A stretch of 64,000 nucleotides of DNA from an uncultured Gemmatimonadales bacterium (GTDB lineage: Bacteria; Gemmatimonadota; Gemmatimonadetes; Gemmatimonadales; Gemmatimonadaceae): the NCBI GenBank assembly GCA_963707505.1, contig CAVPQB010000004.1, positions 320,001 through 384,000 on the forward strand. Reading direction: 5' to 3'. Shown here in pieces: positions 36,863 through 46,094 of this stretch (within the stretch, counting starts at the first letter, position 1; each line of letters begins with the position of its first letter). The translations under genes were made by a program, and so were the position numbers. The notes below the pieces were generated by a model. It was given only the letters and a program-made list of their open reading frames with translations, did not search any database and was not told the DNA's origin.

Positions 36863-38656
36863 TTCATCGATGGCGCGGTGCCCCGTTGCCCAGCCACGTC
36901 GAGAATCGAATCCGGTAACGCATACCCCTTATCGACTCGCACGTCCGCTGCTACTTCGCGCCGAGCGTCGTCGAGCAGGCCGTCGGAACCGCCAGCAAGC
37001 GCGGCACGCGCAGCGCGGAACCGCAGGCCGGCTCCAACGCAGAATATATCGCACAACAGGATCGCGCGCGCATCGTCCTGGCGCCCGAGCAGCGCCTGCG
37101 TGTAGGACAACACGCACGCTGTAGCGAAGAGCTCGATTGCCATGTTGGACAGCCGCTCCACCACCATCTGGCGATCCACTATCTCACCACGATACTTCGT
37201 CACCGCGGTCTCCGCCGATGACCGAAGCTCGGCGACGTGTTTCTCGAATGATTCCTTGTGCGTCGCGAGGCGGGGGTCCAGCTCGAAATCAAGCGTCGCG
37301 CTGGCGCCGAACGCGTTACGGACTTTCGCCGCCGCAAACTCACTGAGCAGTCCGAGATGCTTGATCGGTTCGCGCAGCGCGACGCTGACTTCCTTGAGCT
37401 GGCCGGATAGCGTTTGAATGCCGTTCAGCGCGATGAAGAGCCGAAGTATCTCGTTGGCACCCTCGAATATCCTGTTGATTCGGCTGTCGCGAAGAAATCG
37501 CTCGTACGGATACGGTTTCACGAATCCGCGGCCTCCGGCGAGCTGCACCATCTCGTCGGTGGTGCGCCAGATCAGCTCACTCGCGAAGACCTTGCCGATC
37601 GCGGCCTCGAGCGACCAGTCTGCTTCATTATCTGTGGCAAGATTTGCGATGACTCCGAGCATTGCGTCCGAGGCGTAGATGTCCGATGCGATCGTCGCGA
37701 GCTTTCGCTGCGTGATCTCGAAGTCGGCGAGCGGCTTGTCGAACTGGATACGCTGCTCGACGTAGCTCGTCATCTCATGGAAGACATGCTTGGCCGCGCC
37801 CGTGCATCCGGCGGCGAGCGTCAGCCGGCCGCCGTTCAGCACGTGCACGGCGACGGCGAATCCTCGACCGACCTCGCCCAGCACGTTTTCGGCGGGGACA
37901 CGTAGGTCAGTGTATTCCAGCTCGGCCTGGGTGGATCCGCGGATGCCCATCTTCCGCGCTGTTTCGACAACGCGGAAGCCCGGCATGGTAGGCTCGATGA
38001 GGAACGCCGTTGGTCTCGTCACGATAATTCCGTCGCGCTCGACTTCCGTCTGCGCAAACGTGACGAGAACAGCGGCGCGATGCGCGTTACCTATCCAGAT
38101 CTTGTGACCGTTCAGCGTCCAGTGCGATTTGTCCACGCTCAGCTTCGCAGTCGTCTTCACGTGCTGTGCATCCGATCCGATCAGCGGCTCGGTAAGCGCA
38201 TACGAGACGAGTATCTCACCGCGTGCGAGTCGCGGAAGCCACTGCTGCTTCTGCGCCTCGGTGCCGTACATCACGATGGCCTTGCACCCGAGTCCGCAGT
38301 GCACGCCGATGAAGACGCCGATCGAGGAATCGACGCCGCCGATTGCCTCGCATACTCTGGCGTACGCTCGCGGCGACAGCTCCAACCCACCGAATTGTCG
38401 CGGAATCGTCATGCCGAGAAATCCGTGCTCGGCGAGCGCGGCGATCACGTCGTCGTGGATCGTTTCCTCCTCGATCGAACTTCACGGAGTCGATGAGGCC
38501 GCCCAACCGGTTTTCCATCGCGTGAACCAGTCGGGCGACTGTTGCGGCCTCCGACGAATCGAGCAGGTCGAGCTGTGGCGGATATGGAAAGAGCAGCTCG
38601 TCGTTTATCTCACCGGCGAAGATCCCACGCGTGAACGAATATCCGTCTGTCGGCAT
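36859..38656 (-). CDS. Acyl-CoA dehydrogenase, long (VLCAD/ACAD9-like) form (frameshift near 38470)
   Basis: SF..GIF.G...LLFPYP N-terminus; YALTEP..GSDA, LNG.KIWIGN, KMGIRGS, R.QF, RINRIFEGANEILR. Confidence 0.9.
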
Positions 38657-38663
38657 GGATGGG

Positions 38664-40544
38664 TTATATGGTGGATTGGTTGTTGACTGTGGGTGTAGCG
38701 CGTGCAATATCCAGCGCGTGCGGTGAAGGCATGTCGCAATATTCGCCGTGACATGCGAACGTTTCGGCGTACTCGGCATCGCCCAGCAGGTGACCGAACG
38801 CGGATGGATAACGCGTAACCAATCCGGCGAGCGAATTCATTACTTGTGATGCAAGATCACGGTACGATTCGTTGTCGTCGTAATTCGCGAGACGGAGCAG
38901 CAGATCGACCGCCAGCGATGTTCCGGATGGTATGGCATTGTCTGTGGGATCGTGCGGTCGCGACACGAGCTTTTCCGCATCGCGCGAAGTATCGTAAAAC
39001 ACCATCGTATCTGCATCCCAGAATTCGTCCAGCATCACCTGCGCCAGCCGGCGTGACGCATTCAGCCATTTCAGGTCGAGTGATTGCTCGAACATCGCGA
39101 GGAAGCCCAGTGCAACCGCTGCCTGGTCTTCGAGGAAGCCGGCGATTCGCGCGGTACCATCCTTGTAGCTGCGCATTACGCGACCGTCGACGACCATCCG
39201 CGCAAGGAGGAATTCGGCGTTCCGCGTTGCCATCTCGCGGAAATCCGCACGGTCGAACGCGCGCGCGGCTTCAACGATCCCGCGTAGCGCGAGGCCGTTC
39301 CAACCGGCGAGGATCTTGTCATCGCGGCCTGGCCGCACGCGTTGGGAGCGTTGTTGCATGAGAGTTTGATTCGCGCGCGCGACGGCTCCCGAGAGTGTTG
39401 CCGGATCGACGTCGACGCGGCGCGCGATTTCGGAGGGGTCTGCAGGAACGTGCAGAATGTTGCTTCCCTCGAAATTCCCGCCGGTCGTCGCGCCGTAATA
39501 CGCTTTCACGAGGGCTGCATCGGCGCCGAGCAGCGAGTCGAGCTCGTCCGAGCTCCAGACGTAGAATTTACCCTCCTCGCCCTCAGAGTCAGCGTCGAGC
39601 GACGAATAAAAGCCGCCTTCCGGGGACGTCATCTCGCGCGCGAGCCAATCTCCTGCTTTTTCAGTAGCAACGCGGATCTCGTCATTTTTTGTTGCTTCGT
39701 AGAGGTGCGCGCCGAGCCTCAAGAGCAGGGCATTGTCGTAAAGCATCTTCTCGAAATGCGGAACGAGCCACTGCTCATCTACCGAGTAACGCGCGAATCC
39801 GCCGGCGATCTGATCGTAGATTCCGCCGCGCGCCATCTTCACGAACGTTGCTGCCGCCATATCCAGCGCGCTATTCTCGCCGGTCCGGGCCCAGTGACGC
39901 AACAGAAAATCGAGCACCATCGTCGGTGGAAACTTGGGTGCACCACCGAACCCGCCAAAACGCGGATCGTAGCCGGATGCGATCGCGTGAAATGCCTGCT
40001 CCAGAAACGTGGAGTCGATACTGCCCGCGTAGCCGTCGCTTACCGCTGCCGCGTCGTAGATCCGCCGCATCGACTCGGCACTGGCGGCCACGCGGTCGGG
40101 ATGATTCCTGTACGTCTCGGCGACTGCCTCCAGTACGCGTCTGAAAGACGGCATCCCGTGTCTGTCGGTCGGCGGGAAGTAGGTGCCTCCGTAGAACGGC
40201 TCGCCGGCAGGATTCAGGAAGACCGTCATCGGCCAGCCGCCGTGACCGGTCATGGATTGAACCGCCTGCATGTAGATCGCGTCCAGATCGGGACGTTCCT
40301 CACGATCGACCTTGATGCACACGAAGTTGTCGTTCATGAGCTCGGCGGTCGCGACGTCCTCGAACGATTCGTGCGCCATGACGTGGCACCAGTGGCACGC
40401 GGCGTAACCGATCGAAAGCAGGATGGGGCGGTCAAGCCGGCGCGCCCGGTCCAGCGCGTCGTCGCCCCAGGGATACCAGTCGACGGGATTGTCGGCATGC
40501 TGGAGCAGGTAGGGCGATGTCTCGCCTGCCAGACGGTTTGGCAT
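38664..40544 (-). CDS. Thioredoxin-domain protein, YyaL/SPATA20 (DUF255) family
   Basis: [59 protein letters not shown]. Confidence 0.93.
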   Translation of the reverse strand: MPNRLAGETSPYLLQHADNPVDWYPWGDDALDRARRLDRPILLSIGYAACHWCHVMAHESFEDVATAELMNDNFVCIKVDREERPDLDAIYMQAVQSMTGHGGWPMTVFLNPAGEPFYGGTYFPPTDRHGMPSFRRVLEAVAETYRNHPDRVAASAESMRRIYDAAAVSDGYAGSIDSTFLEQAFHAIASGYDPRFGGFGGAPKFPPTMVLDFLLRHWARTGENSALDMAAATFVKMARGGIYDQIAGGFARYSVDEQWLVPHFEKMLYDNALLLRLGAHLYEATKNDEIRVATEKAGDWLAREMTSPEGGFYSSLDADSEGEEGKFYVWSSDELDSLLGADAALVKAYYGATTGGNFEGSNILHVPADPSEIARRVDVDPATLSGAVARANQTLMQQRSQRVRPGRDDKILAGWNGLALRGIVEAARAFDRADFREMATRNAEFLLARMVVDGRVMRSYKDGTARIAGFLEDQAAVALGFLAMFEQSLDLKWLNASRRLAQVMLDEFWDADTMVFYDTSRDAEKLVSRPHDPTDNAIPSGTSLAVDLLLRLANYDDNESYRDLASQVMNSLAGLVTRYPSAFGHLLGDAEYAETFACHGEYCDMPSPHALDIARATPTVNNQSTI

Positions 40545-40602
40545 CCCGTAAGATAGCCCGGAGCGGCGCTGCAGGGCCGAAATGCGCCGTTAAATTGAAC
40601 CC

Positions 40603-41991
40603 ATGCCGAAGATTGCGAACGACCTCGATTCATTCCTCACGCAGCACCAGTCGCGGATCGAGGAAGAGCTTTTTGATTTCCTGCGCATCCCCAGCGTCAG
40701 CGCGCAGCCTGCGCATGACGCCGACACTCGCGCCGCCGCTGAATGGGTGAAGCGATCACTGGAGCAGGCCGGCCTGAACGCCGCAATCCACGACACGCCG
40801 GGACACCCGGTCGTGGTCGGCGAGTGGCGCGGTGCCGGGCCCGATGCGCCGACGGTACTGATATACGGTCACTACGACGTGCAGCCCGCCGAGCCGCTCG
40901 AGCTATGGACGTCGCCGCCGTTCGAGCCGGAAGTGCGCGAGGGTCGGATCTACGCCCGCGGATCAGTCGACGACAAGGGACAACTCTTTCTGCACATCAA
41001 GGCGCTCGAGGCGCACCTGAAAACGCGGAGAGCTCTCCCGTGCAACGTTGTCGTCATCGCGGAAGGCGAGGAGGAAGTCGGAAGCGAGAATCTGGAAGCG
41101 TTCGTCGAGCGCGAGCGTACGCTTCTCGCGGCCGATGCGGTAGTGATATCGGACTCATCGATGTTCGCTGAAGGGATGCCTTCGATATTATCGTCGCTGC
41201 GCGGACTGTCGTACTTCCAGATCGACGTGCAGGGGCCGTCCAGCGATCTTCACTCTGGAATGTACGGCGGCGCAGTAGTCAATCCTGCCGCTGCGCTCGC
41301 GCGAATCATCGCATCGATGCACGACGAAAATGGACACGTCGCGATCGACGGTTTCTATGACGACGTGAGTCCGTTCCCGGACAGGGTGATTGAGGAAATG
41401 CGCGACCTGCCGCACACCGACGCGCAATTCGAGCGTGAGATCGGAGTGACGAGCCTCGGTGGAGAGAAGGGCTTCACGACGCTCGAGAAGCTGTGGACAC
41501 GTCCAACGTGTGAAGTGAACGGGATGCTATCCGGCTACACCGGAGACGGAGCGAAAACGGTTCTTCCAGCGAAGGCGATGGCCAAGGTGAGCTGCAGACT
41601 GGTGCCGAATCAGGATCCGGCGAAGATAGCTCGGCTATTCGAGGCGCACGTGAAGAAGTTCACACCCGACGGTGTCACGGTAACTGTGAGTTACCTGCAC
41701 GGAGGACGTCCGTGGCGCGCCGATCTCAGCGGTCCGATCTTCGATGCGGCGCGTGGTGCTCTACATGCTGCGTTCGGACGCGATCCGGTGATCGTTGGAG
41801 AAGGCGGATCGATTCCGGTCGTCGGAGACTTTCAGCGAATTCTCGATGCGCCGGTGTTGCTTGTTGGATTTGGTCTGCCGGGCGAGAATGCGCACGCGCC
41901 CGACGAGTGGATGAGCGTCGAGAACTTCCGGCTTGGTGCGAAGGCCATGGCTGCGCTGTGGGACGAGTACGCGGGGAAAGGAGCGGTCTGA
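40603..41991 (+). CDS. M20-family dipeptidase
   Basis: YGHYDVQP, RGSVDDKGQ, EGEEE.GS, DLHSG, GGSIP, HAPDE. Confidence 0.93.
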   Translation: MPKIANDLDSFLTQHQSRIEEELFDFLRIPSVSAQPAHDADTRAAAEWVKRSLEQAGLNAAIHDTPGHPVVVGEWRGAGPDAPTVLIYGHYDVQPAEPLELWTSPPFEPEVREGRIYARGSVDDKGQLFLHIKALEAHLKTRRALPCNVVVIAEGEEEVGSENLEAFVERERTLLAADAVVISDSSMFAEGMPSILSSLRGLSYFQIDVQGPSSDLHSGMYGGAVVNPAAALARIIASMHDENGHVAIDGFYDDVSPFPDRVIEEMRDLPHTDAQFEREIGVTSLGGEKGFTTLEKLWTRPTCEVNGMLSGYTGDGAKTVLPAKAMAKVSCRLVPNQDPAKIARLFEAHVKKFTPDGVTVTVSYLHGGRPWRADLSGPIFDAARGALHAAFGRDPVIVGEGGSIPVVGDFQRILDAPVLLVGFGLPGENAHAPDEWMSVENFRLGAKAMAALWDEYAGKGAV

Positions 41992-41993
41992 GG

Positions 41994-42857
41994 CTATCGG
42001 TTGAGCAGGCAGCCGATAGTGGCGCGTAACGTAGTCGCGTCAGAGAATGACGTGAAGGCCTGAGCTGACGCGTCGCACCGGTGGCTGAGCAGGACGGTCG
42101 CGCCAGCGAGCGCTGTGATGCGTGTAAGATTGACAGCGATTCGCGTGTGATCGGTGCCGCCCAACAGATCGGTGAAGCCCACCTTGAACCGCGGGTATAG
42201 CTGATCGACGCCGACGCCGGCGGAGAACCTGAAGCGCGCCGAAGTTGCGGGATTTGTGGACGCAATCAGTTCCGCGCCGGCCATGTCCGGCTGAAATTCA
42301 TCGGTGGATGGGCTCGTTCCGTAACATGGTGTCGCGGGATCGGTCTGTTGCAACGCACTGCGTGGGCAGGTGATCGGTCCCTTCACGGTGCCGACCGTGC
42401 CGTGCACACGCGCCGTCAATTGCAGAGCTGAACTGACACTGCGCGTGAACCAGAAGGCAGCGCTGCCGAGGTCAGGTGTGGCGTCGGCGACTGTGATCGG
42501 TGGCACATAGCTCACCTCCAACCCGAAGCCACCGGGCAGACCGACAGCGAGGCGGGGACGTCCGAAGAAACTTGTAAGGCCGGTGTTTTCGGCCTTCCCG
42601 GTGTAGCAGTAATCGGTGTGTTGCAATGCCGCAGACGCCCTCGGCACGTAGGCCGCTTCGCCGGAGAGTCTGACGGCGCCAGGCTGGAGCGAGAGTGAAG
42701 CCGGATCGGCGCTGAAGACCAATGGAACAGAGTAAAAGGCGAGCAAGCGCGCCTCGTTGCTTCCGCGCGGAGGACGACACTGAGAGAAGGCCTGCGAGGC
42801 ACCCAGGCAGGTGAGCGCTCCGAGCAACACGGCTCGCAATATCGGTTGGCTTCGCAT
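41994..42857 (-). CDS. Secreted hypothetical protein, probably a small outer-membrane beta-barrel with Cys pairs
   Basis: Signal peptide (AFS-Q), amphipathic strand patterns (RPRLAVGLPGGFGLEVSY, RFRFSAGVGV); TACGTT box 5 nt before the ATG. Confidence 0.65.
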   Translation of the reverse strand: MRSQPILRAVLLGALTCLGASQAFSQCRPPRGSNEARLLAFYSVPLVFSADPASLSLQPGAVRLSGEAAYVPRASAALQHTDYCYTGKAENTGLTSFFGRPRLAVGLPGGFGLEVSYVPPITVADATPDLGSAAFWFTRSVSSALQLTARVHGTVGTVKGPITCPRSALQQTDPATPCYGTSPSTDEFQPDMAGAELIASTNPATSARFRFSAGVGVDQLYPRFKVGFTDLLGGTDHTRIAVNLTRITALAGATVLLSHRCDASAQAFTSFSDATTLRATIGCLLNR

Positions 42858-42898
42858 GCCGAAACGTACGAAGCAGTCGATGCGCGGAATCACTCTCG

Positions 42899-42950
42899 CG
42901 GCGAGCTGCGTAACAATCACGGTGAGGCGAAGGCTTCGCCGGACGAGCGT
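42899..42950 (-). promoter_or_regulatory. Three imperfect direct repeats at exactly 21-bp period; candidate LytTR operator
   Basis: Minus strand acgCTCgtcc / cgcCTCaccg / cagCTCgccg (CTC cores at 42945-42947, 42924-42926, 42903-42905), just upstream of the inferred -35 position of the 42857 gene. Confidence 0.5.
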
Positions 42951-43003
42951 TGGGCAGTCTTTTCCCGTCTGGCGCCGTTGGTAAGGCGACATATGTTAGG
43001 GCA

Positions 43004-44293
43004 ATGCACATCGCCGTCGACACACAGTCTAGCGTACTCGACGAGGAGCGTGATAGCGCCGAGCGGAAGTTGAATACCGTACGTGGCGTGGTGCTGCTCG
43101 TACTGGCGATCGCCGCTGCTGCATATGCTCCGGTTTTGCCACGCAGTCTCAATCTGGTGAATGCCGTGATTCTGACGCCGATGTTGGCGTGGACGGTGGG
43201 GCAGGCCTGGTTCTTTTATCGGCGTCCGGTACTGCCATCCTGGCTCTCGGTGCTGAATCCCATTGTGGACGTTGTGGCGGTGACGGTCACCATGGGCTCC
43301 TATGGAATAATCGCGACGCCAACGCTTGGTCTCAAGTCTCCGATGGTCCTCGCATACTTCGCGATACTTGCGGCGCGGCCGATTCTCTCTTCTGCGCGGC
43401 GCGCGGCGATTGTCGCGGTTTTCATTCTTGTTGCATATGCGTCGCTGGATTTCCTGTTTCTCGTGATCTATGGAGTTGCGATTGGCGATCCCATCTCCGC
43501 CAGCGGGACGGCATCGGTAGCCTTGCTGGATGAGGGTGCGAAGCTGGCCTTGCTTGCCGCCGCGGGCGGGATCGCGACGTATGCAACGTGGTGGCACGAG
43601 GGGCTCGCGCGTAGGTACGCGGCGCAGGCACAGGAGCAGGCTGTTCTCCAGATGCGGTTTGCTTCATCCCAGCTCGACAGCTTGCGCCAGCAGCTTCGTC
43701 CGCATTTTCTATTCAATGCACTAAATGCGATTACGGCGCTCGTGGACGCCGATCCGCCAGCCGCGCAGCGCATGATCTCCGGCCTGGGCGAGCTGATGCG
43801 CGTTTCACTGGATGCTGGCGGCGCGGAAGAGGTGCCGTTGCGAGACGAATTGCGCATACTCGACCACTATACAGCGATCCAGCGCATCCGGTTCGAGGAT
43901 CGGCTCACGATCGTAACCGATATCGACGACTCGATCGGTGACTCGCTCGTTCCGACCCTGATCCTGCAGCCACTGGTAGAGAACTCGATCCACTACGGGC
44001 TCGCGCTGTGCTCCACGCGTACTCGAATCGAGATTCGCGCACGGCGCGATGCGGACATTCTGGCGCTGGAGGTGGGCGACGACGGACCCGGTCTCAAGGG
44101 ACAATCCACCGACGGCATCGTCGAACGCATAGGTATCGGAAACGCCCGGGCGCGGTTGATGTATCTGTACGGTGACGCCCACTCATTTACGGTTGAGAGT
44201 CCGGAGCAGGGTGGGTTCCGGGTGTCGATGCGGATTCCGTATCACGTCCGGCAGATGAATCGTGGCGATTCGATGAATGCACACACAAAGTGA
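43004..44293 (+). CDS. LytS/AlgZ-type membrane sensor histidine kinase
   Basis: Multiple TM helices; QLRPHFLFNALN H-box, IRFEDRL, LQPLVENSI.YG, DDGPG, IGIGN. Confidence 0.93.
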   Translation: MHIAVDTQSSVLDEERDSAERKLNTVRGVVLLVLAIAAAAYAPVLPRSLNLVNAVILTPMLAWTVGQAWFFYRRPVLPSWLSVLNPIVDVVAVTVTMGSYGIIATPTLGLKSPMVLAYFAILAARPILSSARRAAIVAVFILVAYASLDFLFLVIYGVAIGDPISASGTASVALLDEGAKLALLAAAGGIATYATWWHEGLARRYAAQAQEQAVLQMRFASSQLDSLRQQLRPHFLFNALNAITALVDADPPAAQRMISGLGELMRVSLDAGGAEEVPLRDELRILDHYTAIQRIRFEDRLTIVTDIDDSIGDSLVPTLILQPLVENSIHYGLALCSTRTRIEIRARRDADILALEVGDDGPGLKGQSTDGIVERIGIGNARARLMYLYGDAHSFTVESPEQGGFRVSMRIPYHVRQMNRGDSMNAHTK

Positions 44294-44300
44294 GGATCCA

Positions 44301-45074
44301 GTGAATCGAGCCCCTGTTCAGGTATTGATCGTGGATGATGAGCCGCTTGCGCGCCGTCATCTGCGCACCATTCTGGAATCTGACAACGATGTCGTCATCG
44401 TGGGCGATGCGTCGAACGGACGGGAAGCCGTTCAGATGATTTCGCGGCTGGCACCGGATGTCGTCCTCCTGGATGTTCAGATGCCGGAGATCGATGGATT
44501 CAGCGTGGTCGCGCAGCTCGATCCGGCGCACATCCCGGTGATCATTTTTGTCACTGCGCATGACTCGTATGCGCTCAAGGCGTTCGACGTGCATGCTGTG
44601 GATTATGTGCTCAAGCCGGTCGCGCGCGATCGTCTAATGCAGGCCGTCGCCCGCGCGAAGACGCGTCTGGCGTCATCCGATGGCTCGTCGCACGTCGAGA
44701 ATCTCAGGAAGTTCGTCGAGGAGATGAAGACGTCGCGTGATGCTGAGCGGCTTGCGATCCGTCTCGATGGGAAGCACGTGCTTCTCCCTACCGACTCCAT
44801 AGACTGGATCGAGGCGGTGGACGACTACGTGAGAATCCACATGGGCAAGGCGTCCCACCTCGTGCGCGGGACGCTCACATCGTTCCAGGATCGGCTCCCC
44901 TCGCTGTTCATGCGCATTCATCGGTCTGCAATCGTGAACACGACGCGCATCAAGGAAGTGTTTCCGAACGAGCAGGGCGATTACCGGATCATTCTCCAGG
45001 ATGGAACTCGACTCCCGTCGGGGAGAAGTTATCGGACTGCGGTCGCCGAGTTTTTGCGGTCACTGACCGTGTAG
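44301..45074 (+). CDS. LytTR-family response regulator
   Basis: VDDEPLAR, LDVQMP, FVTAH, DYVLKP; LytTR domain IDWIEA.DDYV, FMRIHRSAIVN. GAGG before GTG 44301 (alternative ATG 44277). Confidence 0.94.
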   Translation: MNRAPVQVLIVDDEPLARRHLRTILESDNDVVIVGDASNGREAVQMISRLAPDVVLLDVQMPEIDGFSVVAQLDPAHIPVIIFVTAHDSYALKAFDVHAVDYVLKPVARDRLMQAVARAKTRLASSDGSSHVENLRKFVEEMKTSRDAERLAIRLDGKHVLLPTDSIDWIEAVDDYVRIHMGKASHLVRGTLTSFQDRLPSLFMRIHRSAIVNTTRIKEVFPNEQGDYRIILQDGTRLPSGRSYRTAVAEFLRSLTV

Positions 45075-45154
45075 CGTCGGCCTCCACCGCTTGAACGCTG
45101 CGCTTCGCCGCAAGCGGGCTGTGTGTGCCAGTCGTGCGCGGCGAGGTTCCCTCC

Positions 45155-45544
45155 ATGAACATCATCTCATCTGTTGTGGTCGCGACGGCCATCATGGCGG
45201 CAGCTGGCTGCGGTGGCTCGGGCGGGTACGGCACTTCGCCGACCTCTCCGAGCAATCCTGGAACCCCGTCAGCAACGTGCACGCCAGGTAATGGCACTGT
45301 CTGCCTCGTATCTAGCAACGCGTTCAATCCATCGCAGGTTACGATCGCCGCCGGAAGCAGCATCACGTTCAACAACACATCCGGCACCACCCACAACGTG
45401 ACGTTCACTACAGCCGGCGCACCGGCCAACGTTGCCGACTTTGCGTCGGGCACACGCGGCGTGACGTTCCCGACTGCTGGAACCTACAACTATCACTGCA
45501 CCATTCATGGCTTGAGCATGAGCGGCGTCGTGGTCGTTCAGTGA
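45155..45544 (+). CDS. Cupredoxin (plastocyanin-like) lipoprotein
   Basis: AAGC lipobox; FNPSQVTI, HNVTF, Y.YHCTIH..M.G.V.V type-1 copper ligand set (His, Cys, His, Met). Confidence 0.85.
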   Translation: MNIISSVVVATAIMAAAGCGGSGGYGTSPTSPSNPGTPSATCTPGNGTVCLVSSNAFNPSQVTIAAGSSITFNNTSGTTHNVTFTTAGAPANVADFASGTRGVTFPTAGTYNYHCTIHGLSMSGVVVVQ

Positions 45545-45567
45545 CGCGTTCGCACGGAGGTCGGTGA

Positions 45568-46092
45568 GTGGAAAGCAAGACCAAGCTACTTGGGCATCCG
45601 GCGCACCAGATCGTTGTGTCCTTTCCGATGGGCCTGCTCGCCACGGCCGCGCTGTTCGACGCCGTTTACGTAGTTCATGGTGGACAGACGTGGGCGCTCG
45701 TCGCGTTCTACATGATCGGCGCGGGCGTTGTCGGCGGGCTAATCGCAGCCATATTCGGCCTGATCGACTACCTGGCGATACCGTCGGGAACCAGGGCCAA
45801 GCGCATTGGCGGATTTCACGGTCTGAGCAGCGTGACGCTGGTCACGCTCTTTCTGGTGAGTTGGCTGTTGCGGCTCGATGGCCCAACTGCGCCGGAGCCA
45901 CTTGCGCTTCTCTTCTCATTCAGCGGCGTTGCATTCCTCGGCCTGGCGGGCTGGCTCGGCGGCGAGTTGCTCAACCGTATGGGTGTGGGAATCGACGACG
46001 GCGCGCATCTCAACGCGCAAAGCTCGCTCAACGGTCCGGCCGCGCTCGGTGCGACGCTACGAGGGCCCGAGTCGGCACACGTGGACCGCTGA
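45568..46092 (+). CDS. DUF2231-like membrane protein
   Basis: GHP.H...V.FP, A.FGLIDY, FHG, GWLGGEL; four TM segments; GGAGG upstream. Confidence 0.8.
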   Translation: MESKTKLLGHPAHQIVVSFPMGLLATAALFDAVYVVHGGQTWALVAFYMIGAGVVGGLIAAIFGLIDYLAIPSGTRAKRIGGFHGLSSVTLVTLFLVSWLLRLDGPTAPEPLALLFSFSGVAFLGLAGWLGGELLNRMGVGIDDGAHLNAQSSLNGPAALGATLRGPESAHVDR

Positions 46093-46094
46093 GA

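Noticed and set aside
45039..45110. Weak 20-21 bp periodic ...CCG repeats upstream of the cupredoxin gene as a second LytTR site
   Set aside because: Too degenerate to distinguish from GC-rich background by eye.
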